Source of the DNA: Verrucomicrobiia bacterium
Lineage (GTDB): Bacteria > Verrucomicrobiota > Verrucomicrobiia > Limisphaerales > UBA1319
Assembly (NCBI GenBank): GCA_963664225.1
Contig: OY760937.1
Location: forward strand, 2,176,001-2,240,000
Reading direction: 5' to 3'
Length of the DNA: 64,000 bases
The position numbers were made by a program, and so were the translations under genes. The notes under the pieces were generated by a model. It was not told where the DNA came from. It was given only the letters and a program-made list of their open reading frames with translations, and ran no database searches. Every line of letters starts with the position of its first letter. The stretch's first letter is position 1. Below are positions 29,070-39,588 of the stretch, one piece after another.

Positions 29070-30827
29070 ATGAACCCGATCATCGCATCCTTGAACCTCT
29101 TGCCCATGCTCGTTGTCTGTGCCCTCTTCGGCCCCGTGCAGGCCCATGCGGCCACCTACATCGTGGACCAGGCGGCGCCGGGAGCTGCGGACACCAATGC
29201 TGGCACCGAGGCAAACCCCTTCAAGACCGTTCAGCATGCGGCGGACCTGGTCAAACCCGGCGACACCGTCTTTGTCATGCCGGGCCGCTACGATGAGCGC
29301 GTCAAAATCCGCACCGGCGGCACGGAGGGCCTGCCGATCACGCTGCGGGCAATGCCGCGGCGCTCCGCGGTGGTGGGCGGGTTCGACCTTCAGGCCGGTT
29401 ATATCCGCGTCGAGGGCTTCGAGATCACCGCCGCAAAACCCTCCGTCGCGGTCCAGTTGGACGGCAGCCATTGCGAGGTGCTGGACAACTATATCCACGA
29501 CATGATGGTGGGGGTCAACGGCACGAGCGGCAAACCAAATCCCGACGGCAACACGCGGGATTACTCGGCGGTGGAGCATAACCGGATCGCCTTCAACAAG
29601 GTCTATCACAGCGAGTATGGTTTCGTCATGGGCGGGAACGACTGGCTGCTGGAGAACAACGAGGTGGAACGCCTCTTCATGTTCGCCACGGGCAATAAAT
29701 ACGACGATTGCGATTACTCGCGGTTCTTCGGCAGGGGCTGCGTGGAGCGTTACAACTACTATCACGGCAGCACTTCCTCGGAGATTCGCGTGGCCCATGT
29801 CGATTGCCTCCAGACCTTCACCGCCAATGGCGAGATCGCGCAGGACCTGGTGTTCGAGAACAACACCTGCTTCGACTTCCACCAGATGTGCATGGTGGAA
29901 AGCGCCCCGCACATCGGCAGCGTCCGGGGCTGGACCTTCCGGGGCAACATCGTTTCGGCCAATTCTCCGACCATGAGCGGCGGCTGGGGACCGGACATCA
30001 TTCAGACGCCGGACGTGACAATTGCCAACAACACCATCTCCACCGTGCGCTGGGCTGCCATCGGCCTGCGCGGCAAAGAATCGACCAACGGCCGGATCTT
30101 TAACAATATCCTCTGCAACGCGGAACGCGCCGTCATTCACGGCGACAGCGATTTCTCTGCGGCCAATCCGGTGATGGAAGACAACCTCACGTTTTCCACC
30201 TGGGCGATTCCCGGCGCGAACAATATCAACGGCAAAGACCCGCTCCTCGTGGATCCCGCCAAACGTAATTTCCGTCTGCAGCAGGGCAGCCCCGCCATCG
30301 GCGCGGGCAAGGACGGCGTGACCATCGGGGCTCTGGAGTATCCGAACGTTTACTACGTTGATCCGCGTCATCCAGCCGCCACCGACGAGCCCGCGTGGGG
30401 CTATCCCGCCGTGCCGTTGGCAACTCTCGCCAAGGCCTGCGCGGTCGCGAAACCTGGCGAAACGATCCTTCTGCGCGGCGGCGTGTATCGCGAGACGCTG
30501 CGTCCCCAGTGCGATGGCGTGACATTCCGCGCGATGAAAGGTGAGAAGGTTAGCATCAGTGGCGCGGACGTGATCGAGGGTTGGAAACGTGCCGATGATG
30601 GAAGCTGGTCCGCGTCTCTGGAATCCGAACCAACAAAGCCTCTCCGCGATTGTCAGGCGTGGACCGAATTTACTTATGACAAGGCCGCCCGGCGAATTGT
30701 TGTGAAAGACGGCGATCCCAGGCTGCACCGCTTCGAGACCCTCGTCCGCGATCAGGGAGTCGAACTTGGCGACAGGAAGAACGTGAAGATCGAGGGCATC
30801 GCCGTGGAGAACACCTTGAATAAGTAG
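29070..30827 (+). CDS. Secreted right-handed beta-helix (DUF1565/pectin-lyase-fold) protein
   Basis: GTEANPFKTVQHAADLVKPGDTV..PGRY, Asn-ladder repeats, second DUF1565-like start near the C-terminus. Confidence 0.85.
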   Translation: MNPIIASLNLLPMLVVCALFGPVQAHAATYIVDQAAPGAADTNAGTEANPFKTVQHAADLVKPGDTVFVMPGRYDERVKIRTGGTEGLPITLRAMPRRSAVVGGFDLQAGYIRVEGFEITAAKPSVAVQLDGSHCEVLDNYIHDMMVGVNGTSGKPNPDGNTRDYSAVEHNRIAFNKVYHSEYGFVMGGNDWLLENNEVERLFMFATGNKYDDCDYSRFFGRGCVERYNYYHGSTSSEIRVAHVDCLQTFTANGEIAQDLVFENNTCFDFHQMCMVESAPHIGSVRGWTFRGNIVSANSPTMSGGWGPDIIQTPDVTIANNTISTVRWAAIGLRGKESTNGRIFNNILCNAERAVIHGDSDFSAANPVMEDNLTFSTWAIPGANNINGKDPLLVDPAKRNFRLQQGSPAIGAGKDGVTIGALEYPNVYYVDPRHPAATDEPAWGYPAVPLATLAKACAVAKPGETILLRGGVYRETLRPQCDGVTFRAMKGEKVSISGADVIEGWKRADDGSWSASLESEPTKPLRDCQAWTEFTYDKAARRIVVKDGDPRLHRFETLVRDQGVELGDRKNVKIEGIAVENTLNK

Positions 30828-30854
30828 TCAGAGCCGGAAGCTGAAAGAACCTGC

Positions 30855-31162
30855 CATAGACATGCCGATCCGCTGGGGCTTTGAATTCGACGGGCCTTGG
30901 GCGCTATAAACATCCCGAGCCCCGGCGCTTCTGATGTTGGACTTGGAGATGAACACGCTTCGGATGGGGGACTTGGAGGTGGAAGCGTGTGCGACATGGA
31001 AATGGGCGTGCGCCAGAAGCTCCGTAGGAGCGCCATGTTTATAGAAACGAGACCGCCAAAAGTGACAAGCTCCGTAGGAGCGGCATGATAACGACGACCA
31101 ACACATCGTGGCGGATGATTAATGCGTGTGTTGAGAACATGCCGCCCCTCCGGCGCTGGGGA
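30855..31162. repeat. REP-like palindrome cluster upstream of the Y1 transposase
   Basis: AGCTCCGTAGGAGC at 31018 and 31068; inverted CAT(G/C)CCG...GCT copies at 30861, 30911, 31138. Confidence 0.9.
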
Positions 31163-31270
31163 TGGGGGATTTGCGCGCCCCAGTTGCCTCATCGGTGGCA
31201 CTTGAAAAAACGGCGAAATCTCAGACAATTCTCAGACTGATTGCAAGGTGCCTGATACACAATTATGTTT

Positions 31271-31732
31271 ATGGCCAATACCTACACCCAAATTTACATT
31301 CATGTTGTTTTCTCCGTGCAAGGTCGCCAAAATCTCATTTGTTCCGAACGAAAAGAGGAACTTCATAAATACATCAGTGGCATCGTCACGCGACAAGGGC
31401 AGAAACTTCTGGCGATTCATTGCATGCCTGACCACGCGCACATCCTCATTGGCCTCAAACCGAACATGTCGATTTCAGACCTAGTGGGCGACATCAAGGC
31501 TGGGTCAACGAACCATATCAACGAAAATCATTGGATGATGGGGCGGTTTTCGTGGCAGGAAGGATATGGTGCGTTTTCATATTCACATTCTCAATTGACG
31601 GATGTAATCCAATACATAATGCATCAAGTGGAACATCACACAAGAAAGGGATTTTGCGCAGAATACCGGGAATTCCTGGATAAGTTCCAAGTTCCCTATG
31701 AGGAGCGATATTTATTTGTGCCCGTCGAATAG
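31271..31732 (+). CDS. tnpA: Y1 HUH transposase (IS200/IS605 TnpA-like, REP-associated)
   Basis: IHVVFS, DHAHIL (HUH), FSWQEGYGAFS, YIMHQ (catalytic Tyr); no tnpB. Confidence 0.92.
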   Translation: MANTYTQIYIHVVFSVQGRQNLICSERKEELHKYISGIVTRQGQKLLAIHCMPDHAHILIGLKPNMSISDLVGDIKAGSTNHINENHWMMGRFSWQEGYGAFSYSHSQLTDVIQYIMHQVEHHTRKGFCAEYREFLDKFQVPYEERYLFVPVE

Positions 31733-31734
31733 AG

Positions 31735-32635
31735 TGACATGAGGATGAACACGCACCAAAAGCTCCGTAGGAGCGCCATGTTTATAGAAACCGGACCGGT
31801 AAGAGTCCCAAGCTCCGTAGGAGCGGCATGATAACGATGGCCCGCCCCGCGCGACCGATGATCGACATCCACATTGAGAATGTGCCGCCCCGCTGGGGCT
31901 TGGAAATCGGTGGGGGGCTTGCGTTGCTATAAACATGCCGCGCCTCCGGCGCTTCGGAATGGGACTTTGAGATGATCGCACGCGGGACTTGGAGATGGAA
32001 GCGTGCCTGACATGGAAATGAACGTGCGCAAAAAGCTCCGTAGGAGCGCCATGTTTATAGAAACCGGACCGGTAAGAGTCCCAAGCTCCGTAGGAGCGGC
32101 ATGTTAGCGACAACCAACCCATCGCGACGGATGGTTAACGCGTGTGTAGAGAACATGCCGCCCCGCTGGGGCTTGGAAATGTGATTGGAGCCGCCATGCT
32201 ATAGACGTGCCGCGCCTCCGGCGCTTCGGAATGGGACTTTGAGATGATCGCACGCGGGACTTGGAGATGGAAGCGTGCCTGACATGGAAATGAACGTGCG
32301 CAAAAAGCTCCGTAGGAGCGGCATGTTAGCGACAACCAACCCATCGCGACGGATGGTTAACGCGTGTGTAGAGAACATGCCGATCCGCTGGGGTTTGGAA
32401 ATGTGATTGGAGCCGCCATGCTATAGACGTGCCGCGCCTCCGGCGCTTCGGAATGGGACTTTGAGATGATCGCACGCGGGACTTTGAGATGGAAGCGTGC
32501 CTGACATGGAAATGAACGCGCGCAAAAAGCTCCGTAGGAGCGCCATGTTTATAGAAACCGGATCGCAATAAGTTACAAGCTCAGTAGGAGCGGCATGATA
32601 ACGCCGACCAACCCATCGTGGCGGATGATTAAGGC
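31735..32635. repeat. Tandem REPIN-like array, period about 272 bp
   Basis: Forward REPs at 31761, 31811, 32034, 32084, 32306, 32528, 32578; inverted REPs at 31881, 31934, 32154, 32206, 32376, 32428. Confidence 0.92.
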
Positions 32636-32666
32636 GCGATCCTTTCCATTCCACACAAACCGTTCC

Positions 32667-32924
32667 TCAATGGAAATAGCGTCGAAACACATACGACGCA
32701 AAAGACCACAATCCTGAGAACTTAAATCCAGGATCGACGTAATGTTCGATCACGTAGAATGCGAAGTAGTAGGCGCGGCAAAACGCCCAGACCGTCAATA
32801 CCAGCAGCAGCGCGACCTTGAGTGTCGGGGCCTCCGCGAACAGCAATAGCGCCGCAGCCATCCCCAGCGCCAGAAACAGCGCGCCCTTAAAACAGATGAC
32901 CGTGTGGCTTTTTAGGTCCTTCAT
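32667..32924 (-). CDS. Small membrane protein
   Basis: 85 aa, two TMs, FCRAYYFAFYVIEHYVDPGFKFSGL. Confidence 0.75.
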   Translation of the reverse strand: MKDLKSHTVICFKGALFLALGMAAALLLFAEAPTLKVALLLVLTVWAFCRAYYFAFYVIEHYVDPGFKFSGLWSFASYVFRRYFH

Positions 32925-33051
32925 TCAATTCTCGTATGGCAGCTCATGGTCGTTCAGCACTTGCTTGCCGCATCCAGCAGCAGCCTGTATTGCCTTGCGG
33001 CTGAGTGCTTCAAGGTCGTGCTCCTTAAATGGGTCCAAGATAACCAACAAA

Positions 33052-33363
33052 TTATTGCAGGATTTTTTCATATTCTTGGATGGAATCGCCTTCCATCGCA
33101 GCAAATCCAGCTAATTTGTATCCGCAAACCTTTTCAACAAACAAAAAAGCAGGAACCCAAATTATCTCGGTGTGCCATAAAAATGAGTTATAGTGAAACT
33201 CGACAAAACAAACCTGCTTTCCCTTCCACATCTCGATTTTCGTTGGACTGCTAAACCACCAATATGAAAATGTGCCGATGTAAATGCCAAGGACGAGAAT
33301 CGAACAAAAGACCGCAAGAATATTTCGTCGTCGAAACAGACGTTTAATGTTCAAAACATGCAT
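33052..33363 (-). CDS. Hypothetical single-TM protein, AT-rich
   Basis: Basic N-terminus plus TM; 103-aa ORF in AT-rich DNA. Confidence 0.55.
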   Translation of the reverse strand: MHVLNIKRLFRRRNILAVFCSILVLGIYIGTFSYWWFSSPTKIEMWKGKQVCFVEFHYNSFLWHTEIIWVPAFLFVEKVCGYKLAGFAAMEGDSIQEYEKILQ

Positions 33364-33796
33364 GGCAATGTTGGCGCGCTAAAGCGTTCTTTATAACCAC
33401 TGTTGGGGTGTTCGCCAATAATTCCATCTTTTCTCGTCTAACTCAACCACCGGAAACGAACCGGGATTCCATTGGTTGCTTCAAGGACAATAATCCAGAA
33501 TTGACTTCGCAAGCGAGAGAATTGTTATGGGCGCAACTCGGCATGAAACTGCGTGCGATTATTGCATCTGAAGTCAAAAAAACGCCCGGCAAAGGTGCAG
33601 GCCCCCAGTGTCGCGCGACGTCATCGAGGTTTACGTATTGGCCCATTTGTGCGCCACCGTTATCAAGCCGCGTGCCCTCACCCGGCGTTGTGGTTTTGAA
33701 TTGTAGGCCGGGTGCCCTCACCCGGCGTCCGGGGGGAAATGACCAACGCGCACAAGCTGCTTCGCGCGCGCCGCAATCCTTCATCGTGACAAAGAA

Positions 33797-33820
33797 AAAG
33801 CCCGTTTCAAAACGGGCTTT
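33797..33820 (-). terminator. Intrinsic terminator of the PDH operon
   Basis: AAAGCCCGTTT-CA-AAACGGGCTTT hairpin with a T-tract on the minus strand, 56 nt after the lpdA stop. Confidence 0.8.
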
Positions 33821-33876
33821 GCATTTGTACACGTCTGAATGGCCGGCGTTCATACGGCGGCCAAAATCGCCACGAC

Positions 33877-35310
33877 CTACGTTGCCGCGACGTCCCGTTT
33901 TTTGTGACGGGGCAGGGTGTGCGTGGCGGTGTCGTAGAACACTTCCGCGCATTCCATCAAGGTTTCCGATAGCGTCGGATGCGGATGGATGCACTCTGCC
34001 AGGTCCTTGGCCGTGGCGCCCATTTCGATGGCGAACACGCCCTCGCTGATGAGTTCGCCCGCGCCGTGACCGCAGATGCCCACGCCCAGAATGCGTTCCG
34101 TCTCGCGGTCCACGAGAATCTTGGTCAGGCCGTCGGTGCGGTCGAAGCTCAAGGCCCGGCCTGAGGCGGACCACGGAAACTTGACGACTTCGACATTCAG
34201 TCCGCGCTCCTTTGCCTCCGCCTCGGTGAGTCCCGCCCAGGCCACTTCGGGATCGGTGAAAACAACGGCGGGCATGACCATGTCCTCGGTCGTGCTGTGC
34301 TCGCCCGCGATGACTTCCACCGCGATGCGCGCCTCTTTGGCCGCCTTGTGCGCCAGCAGAATTCCACCGGCAATGTCGCCCACGGCGTAGATGTGCGGCT
34401 CGGCGGTCTGCCCCTGATGATTGACTTTGATGTAGCCCCGCTCATCGCGTTCGACAGCCGTGTTCTCCAGTCCCAGATCCTCGCCATTGGGCGTGCGGCC
34501 CACACACACGAGCACGCGGTCGTAGAGCTCCTCTTTTTTCTCGCCCTCGGTTTCCGAGACGACTTTGATTTTCTTGCCGGCGGTGGCCATGCTCAGCACG
34601 CGGGTTTTCACGCGCATTTCGCGGAAGGCCTTCTGGGCGTAGCGGAGCACGGGCGCGGTCAGGTCGGGATCGGCCCCGGTGAGGATCGAATCCATCGCTT
34701 CCATCACGACGACCTTGCTGCCAAAGGTGGCATAAACGGTTCCCAGTTCCAGGCCGATGTAGCCGCCGCCCACGATGAGGAGGTCTCCGGGAATTTCCTC
34801 GATTTCGAGCGCTTCCGTTGCGGTCATGATACGGGGATTGCCCAGGTCGAAGGCCTTGGGCATCGCGGCTTTGGATCCCACAGCGATGATGGCGTGTTCG
34901 AATTGCACGTATTTCTGGCCCGCCTCGGTTTCCACGCGCAGCGTGTGCGCGTCCTCGAAATAGCCGCGACCATGCATCACATCGCAACCCCGGCGTTTGG
35001 CCAGGCCAACGATGCCCTGGGCCAGTTTGTTGAGGATGGATTCCTTCCATTCCCGCATTTTCACCAGGTCCAGGCGGGGCGGATCGAACGTGATGCCGCG
35101 GAAGCTCGACTCCTGCGCTTCCTTCACGAGTTTGGCCGCGTGCAGATAGGCCTTCGAGGGAATGCAGCCGCGGTTGAGGCACACGCCGCCGAGGCGTTTT
35201 TCCTGCTCGACCATGATGACTTTTTTCCCGAGGTCCGCCGCGTAGAACGCGCCCGCGTAGCCGCCGGGTCCCGCGCCAATAACAACAATGTCCGTCTTGA
35301 TGGTTTCCAT
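33877..35310 (-). CDS. lpdA: Dihydrolipoamide dehydrogenase (E3)
   Basis: GAGPGGY, GGVCLNRGCIPSK, GGGYIGLE, IHPHPTLSE. Confidence 0.97.
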   Translation of the reverse strand: METIKTDIVVIGAGPGGYAGAFYAADLGKKVIMVEQEKRLGGVCLNRGCIPSKAYLHAAKLVKEAQESSFRGITFDPPRLDLVKMREWKESILNKLAQGIVGLAKRRGCDVMHGRGYFEDAHTLRVETEAGQKYVQFEHAIIAVGSKAAMPKAFDLGNPRIMTATEALEIEEIPGDLLIVGGGYIGLELGTVYATFGSKVVVMEAMDSILTGADPDLTAPVLRYAQKAFREMRVKTRVLSMATAGKKIKVVSETEGEKKEELYDRVLVCVGRTPNGEDLGLENTAVERDERGYIKVNHQGQTAEPHIYAVGDIAGGILLAHKAAKEARIAVEVIAGEHSTTEDMVMPAVVFTDPEVAWAGLTEAEAKERGLNVEVVKFPWSASGRALSFDRTDGLTKILVDRETERILGVGICGHGAGELISEGVFAIEMGATAKDLAECIHPHPTLSETLMECAEVFYDTATHTLPRHKKRDVAAT

Positions 35311-35354
35311 GGATGATTAAATTGATTCGATGATTATTTTCCGGGCTGCGTTTT

Positions 35355-36710
35355 TCAAGACAACTTGACCTGCGCCTCGTCGAATTTCTCGAGAGCCTGC
35401 ACCATTTGCGTGATGAACCGCGCGGCGTTCCCGCCGTCGATCAACCGGTGGTCGTAGGAGACGCACACGGGCATCAACATGCGCGCTTCGATCTTGCCCT
35501 CGCGCACCACCGGCTTGAGCACGCTGCGGCCGAGGCCGAGAATCGCCACCTCCGGTCGATTGATGATCGGCGTGAAATGCGCCCCGCCAATGCCGCCCTG
35601 GTTGGAAATGGTGAAGGAGCCCCCCTTGAGATCGTCCCCGGAAATTTTGCGCGAGCGGGTCTTTTCGGCCAGTTCCTGCAATTCGCGGGAGAGTTCCAGC
35701 AGGCTCTTTTTATCGACATCGCGAATGACCGGCACGATGAGTCCCGCCTCCGTATCGACCGCCATCCCGATGTGGTAATAGTTCTTGAAAACGATCTCGT
35801 TGGTGGCCTCGTCGAGGCTGGCGTTGAACGCGGGGGATTGTTTCAGAGCGGCGACCACGGCCTTGAGCGTGAACGGCGTCAGCGTCAGGCGCGCGCCTTT
35901 GGCCTCGTAGGCGGCGGCGTATTTCTTGCGCAACTCGTTCAAACCCGTGATATCCGCGTCATCGAATTGCGTGACATGCGGAATGGCCGTCCAGGATTCG
36001 TGCATGCGCCGCGCAATGGTCTTGCGCAGCGAGGTCATCGGCGTGCGCGTGATCGGGCCGAATTGGGCAAAATCGATGGAGGGCGCAGACGTCGGTGTCG
36101 GCACCGATGGCGCAGGCGCAACCACTGGCGCAGCCACCGCAGCGGGGGCCGCAGGCGCAAAGGCCATCTGCTGGAGGCGTTCGATGTAGGCCTTCACGTC
36201 GTCCATGACAATGCGGCCGCCGCGTTCGCTGCCGCGAATGCGCGCCAGGTCGATGCCCAATTCCCGGGCCAGCTTTCGGATGACCGGTGAGGCGGCCGGT
36301 TTGGCGGCGTCCTCGTCGGGGCTTTCGAGTATGGGGCTTGGGCCTGATGTGGCTGTGGGTGCGGGCGCCATAAAAGGCATCACATCCGGCACCGGCACCG
36401 GCGAGCGTTTGGCGGTCGGACGCGCCGCTGGAGCTTGCGCCGCGGCCGGAGCCGGGGCTGCGGCCTGCACAGCCGATCCGGCTGCGCCTACCGCCAGGAT
36501 GCGCTGGCCCACGGAAATCTTTTGACCTTCCTTGATGAAGATCTGCGTGACCACGCCAGCCTCGGTTGCGGGAATCGGCGCAATGGCCTTTTCGTTTTCC
36601 AGCTCGATGATGTTCTGGTCCTTTTTAATGGTGTCGCCCACCTTGACCAGAACGCTGACGATCGTGCCGCTCTCGGCGCCTTCGCCCAATTTCGGAAGCT
36701 TAATATCCAT
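35355..36710 (-). CDS. aceF: Dihydrolipoamide acetyltransferase (E2), one lipoyl domain
   Basis: ELENEKA lipoyl-Lys, ASPVIRKLARELG subunit-binding domain, SYDHRLIDG. Confidence 0.93.
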   Translation of the reverse strand: MDIKLPKLGEGAESGTIVSVLVKVGDTIKKDQNIIELENEKAIAPIPATEAGVVTQIFIKEGQKISVGQRILAVGAAGSAVQAAAPAPAAAQAPAARPTAKRSPVPVPDVMPFMAPAPTATSGPSPILESPDEDAAKPAASPVIRKLARELGIDLARIRGSERGGRIVMDDVKAYIERLQQMAFAPAAPAAVAAPVVAPAPSVPTPTSAPSIDFAQFGPITRTPMTSLRKTIARRMHESWTAIPHVTQFDDADITGLNELRKKYAAAYEAKGARLTLTPFTLKAVVAALKQSPAFNASLDEATNEIVFKNYYHIGMAVDTEAGLIVPVIRDVDKKSLLELSRELQELAEKTRSRKISGDDLKGGSFTISNQGGIGGAHFTPIINRPEVAILGLGRSVLKPVVREGKIEARMLMPVCVSYDHRLIDGGNAARFITQMVQALEKFDEAQVKLS

Positions 36711-36792
36711 AAATCACAATAATTATAGTCCGGTTACATCGCTAAACACAAATCTCCCCTGTCGGGATAATCGGAACCCTGAATCGCCTGGC

Positions 36793-39513
36793 TCATTGCG
36801 CCAGCGCCGGGAAAACCTTCTCTGGATTCACGCCCAGATCCTGGATGGCCTGGGAGACAATCTTGGAATCGACCAACCCCTTGCCCGCGAGGGTATGGAG
36901 CGTGGCGATCACCGTCATTTCCGCATCCACCTCGAAGAATCGGCGCAATGCGGGCCGGGTATCGCTGCGGCCATAGCCGTCGGTGCCAAGCGTGGTCAGT
37001 CCTCCGGGAACCCACGGCGCGATCTGGTCGGGAACGCTTTTGACGTTGTCGGACAGCGCCACGAAGACGCCCTTTTCGCGCTCAAGCAGGTTGGAGAGAT
37101 ACGGTTTGCGCTGCTTTTCACCCGGATGCAGCATGTTCCACCGCTGGGCCAGCAGGGCGTCGTTGCGCAGTAATTTATAGCTGGTGGCGCTCCAGACATC
37201 CGCGCTCACGCCGTAGCGCTCCGCCAGGATTTCCTGCGCGCGCAGGGCTTCGCGGAGGATCGGGCCGCTCCCCAGCAGATGGGCCTTGATCTTCTTTTTG
37301 TCGTCGCCGGCCTTGAATTTATAGAGGCCCTTGAGGATGCCCTCCTCGGCGCCCTTGGGCATCGGCGGCATCAGGTAGTTTTCGTTGTAGAGGCTCAGGT
37401 AGTAGAAGATTTCCTCGCCTTCCTGATACATCCGGCGCATGCCGTCGCACACAATGACCGCCACTTCGTAGGCGAAGGCGGGGTCATAGGTCAGCAGTGT
37501 GGGCAGCGCGCTGGCCATGAGCTGGCTGTGGCCGTCCTGGTGCTGCAATCCCTCGCCGTTGAGCGATGTGCGGCCCGCCGTGGCCCCCAGCAGAAAGCCC
37601 TTGGCCTTGATATCGCCTGCCAGCCAGATCTGGTCCCCAATGCGCTGGAAGCCGAACATGGAATAGTAAATATAGAACGGGATCATGTTGATCCCATGGC
37701 TCGCATAGGCCGTTCCCGCCGCGATGAAGGACGACATCGCGCCCGCCTCGGTGATGCCTTCCTCGAGGATCTGGCCGTCCTTGGCTTCCTTGTAAAAGAG
37801 CAGCGATTTCTGGTCCACCGGCTCGTATAACTGTCCAAACGGCGCGTAAATCCCGATCTCGCGGAACAACGCGTCCATGCCGAAGGTTCGCGCTTCGTCG
37901 GGAATGATCGGCACGACGTGCGGCCCTATTTTTTCATGCCGCAGCAGGTTGGTCAGCACCTTCACAAACGCCATCGTGGTGGAGACCTCGAACTTCCCCG
38001 AGCCTTTCAGAAACTCCGCGAATTCCTCCAGCGTGGGCGTCGTGATCGGCGCGGCCTTGACCTGCCGGTTGGGCACGCTTCCACCCAGGGCCTTGCGGCG
38101 TTCCGCCATGTATTGGGCCTCGGGACTGTCCTGGGGCGGACGGTAGAACGGAGTCTCGGCGATGTCGTCGTCGGAAATGGGCACCTGGAACCGGGAGCGA
38201 AACTCGCGCAGCTCCTTTTCGTTTAATTTCTTCTGCTGGTGCGTGATGTTGCGGCCTTCGCCCGCCTCACCCAATCCATAGCCCTTGATCGTCTTGGCCA
38301 GAATGACGGTCGGCGCGCCTTTGTGGCGCATCGCCGCGTCATACGCCGCAAAAACCTTCTCGGGATCGTGACCGCCCCGGCCCATCTTGCGCAGTTGCTC
38401 GTCGGTGAGATGATTGACCATCTCGAACAGCTCCGGGTATCGCCCGAAGAAATGCCGCCGGATGTAGCTGCCATGCTCCGCGGTGTATTTCTGATACTCA
38501 CCGTCCACAGCCTCTTCCATGCGCTTGACGAGCAGTCCCTTGTCGTCGGCCTTGAGCAGCGGATCCCAGTCCGAGCCCCAGATGACCTTGATGACATTCC
38601 AGCCCGCGCCGCGAAAGGCGGACTCGAGTTCCTGAATGATCTTGCCGTTGCCGCGCACGGGTCCGTCGAGTCGTTGCAGATTGCAATTCACCACCCACAC
38701 GAGGTTGTCGAGTTTCTCGCGCGAGGCCAGCGTCAGCGCCCCGAGCGTTTCGGGTTCGTCGGATTCGCCGTCACCCACAAAGCACCACACCTTCGGTTCC
38801 TCGGCCTTGATGAATCCGCGCGCCTTGAGGTAGCGGTTAAACCGCGCCTGGTAAATCGACATGATCGGCCCCAGTCCCATAGACACCGTGGGGAATTGCC
38901 AGAAACCGGGCATCAGGTAGGGATGCGGATAGGACGAAAGCCCGCCGCCCTCGGCCAGTTCCTGCCGGAAATGATGCAGGTGATTTTCGTCGAGACGGCC
39001 TTCCAGATAAGCGCGCGCGTAAATGCCGGGCGAGGCGTGACCCTGGAAATAAATCATGTCCGCCGCGCGCCCGGAGGCGTCGGCGCCCCGGAAGAAATGG
39101 TCGTAACCCACCTCGTAAAGCGTCGCGCTGGAGGCGTACGAGGAAATGTGCCCGCCCAGACCGCTGTGATCGCGGTTGGCGTTGACCACCATGGCCATCG
39201 CGTTCCAGCGGATGAAACTCTTGATCCGTCGCTCGATTTCGCGGTTGCCCGGATAAGGGGGTTGTTTTTCGCGCGGGATCGTGTTTGTGTAGGGCGTGCT
39301 CACGGTCAGCGGCACTTTCATCCCCTCGGCGCGCAGCCCGTCGATGAGCTGGTTTAAGAATAGATAGGAGCGCTCGGGAGATTGCTGCTTGAGCAGTCCC
39401 GCGACAAAGGTACGTAAGGACTCAAACCATTGATCCTGTTCGGCCTGGCGGGCTTGCGCTCCGGCCAGAAATGGATTTCCCTGTCCTGCGGCATTATTTG
39501 ACATGTTATTCAA
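36793..39513 (-). CDS. aceE: Pyruvate dehydrogenase E1, homodimeric
   Basis: GGHISSYAS, SSYPHP, FPTVSMGLGP, GDGESDEPE, NCNLQRLDGPV, GEGLQHQDG. Confidence 0.97.
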   Translation of the reverse strand: MNNMSNNAAGQGNPFLAGAQARQAEQDQWFESLRTFVAGLLKQQSPERSYLFLNQLIDGLRAEGMKVPLTVSTPYTNTIPREKQPPYPGNREIERRIKSFIRWNAMAMVVNANRDHSGLGGHISSYASSATLYEVGYDHFFRGADASGRAADMIYFQGHASPGIYARAYLEGRLDENHLHHFRQELAEGGGLSSYPHPYLMPGFWQFPTVSMGLGPIMSIYQARFNRYLKARGFIKAEEPKVWCFVGDGESDEPETLGALTLASREKLDNLVWVVNCNLQRLDGPVRGNGKIIQELESAFRGAGWNVIKVIWGSDWDPLLKADDKGLLVKRMEEAVDGEYQKYTAEHGSYIRRHFFGRYPELFEMVNHLTDEQLRKMGRGGHDPEKVFAAYDAAMRHKGAPTVILAKTIKGYGLGEAGEGRNITHQQKKLNEKELREFRSRFQVPISDDDIAETPFYRPPQDSPEAQYMAERRKALGGSVPNRQVKAAPITTPTLEEFAEFLKGSGKFEVSTTMAFVKVLTNLLRHEKIGPHVVPIIPDEARTFGMDALFREIGIYAPFGQLYEPVDQKSLLFYKEAKDGQILEEGITEAGAMSSFIAAGTAYASHGINMIPFYIYYSMFGFQRIGDQIWLAGDIKAKGFLLGATAGRTSLNGEGLQHQDGHSQLMASALPTLLTYDPAFAYEVAVIVCDGMRRMYQEGEEIFYYLSLYNENYLMPPMPKGAEEGILKGLYKFKAGDDKKKIKAHLLGSGPILREALRAQEILAERYGVSADVWSATSYKLLRNDALLAQRWNMLHPGEKQRKPYLSNLLEREKGVFVALSDNVKSVPDQIAPWVPGGLTTLGTDGYGRSDTRPALRRFFEVDAEMTVIATLHTLAGKGLVDSKIVSQAIQDLGVNPEKVFPALAQ

Positions 39514-39588
39514 TAATTCGACCGACGTAATCCGCTCTTAATTGAACGGATGAAACTGATTCTGTAATTATATTGATTTTTTGGAGAA

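Noticed and set aside
29001..30728. 575-aa minus-strand ORF
   Set aside because: Antisense shadow of the beta-helix gene in GC-rich DNA; no motifs. The same applies to 2855..3811, 12924..13883, 17381..18439, 27670..28749, 34297..35316, 38239..39357, 51875..53266 and 62607..63500.
30855..32635. CRISPR array (14-bp palindromes 50 bp apart)
   Set aside because: Repeats occur in both orientations, intervening sequences recur, and the linked gene is a Y1 transposase.
32925..33051. attC site between the two small minus-strand genes
   Set aside because: No RYYYAAC/GTTRRRY pair and no similarity to the 49-51 kb sites.
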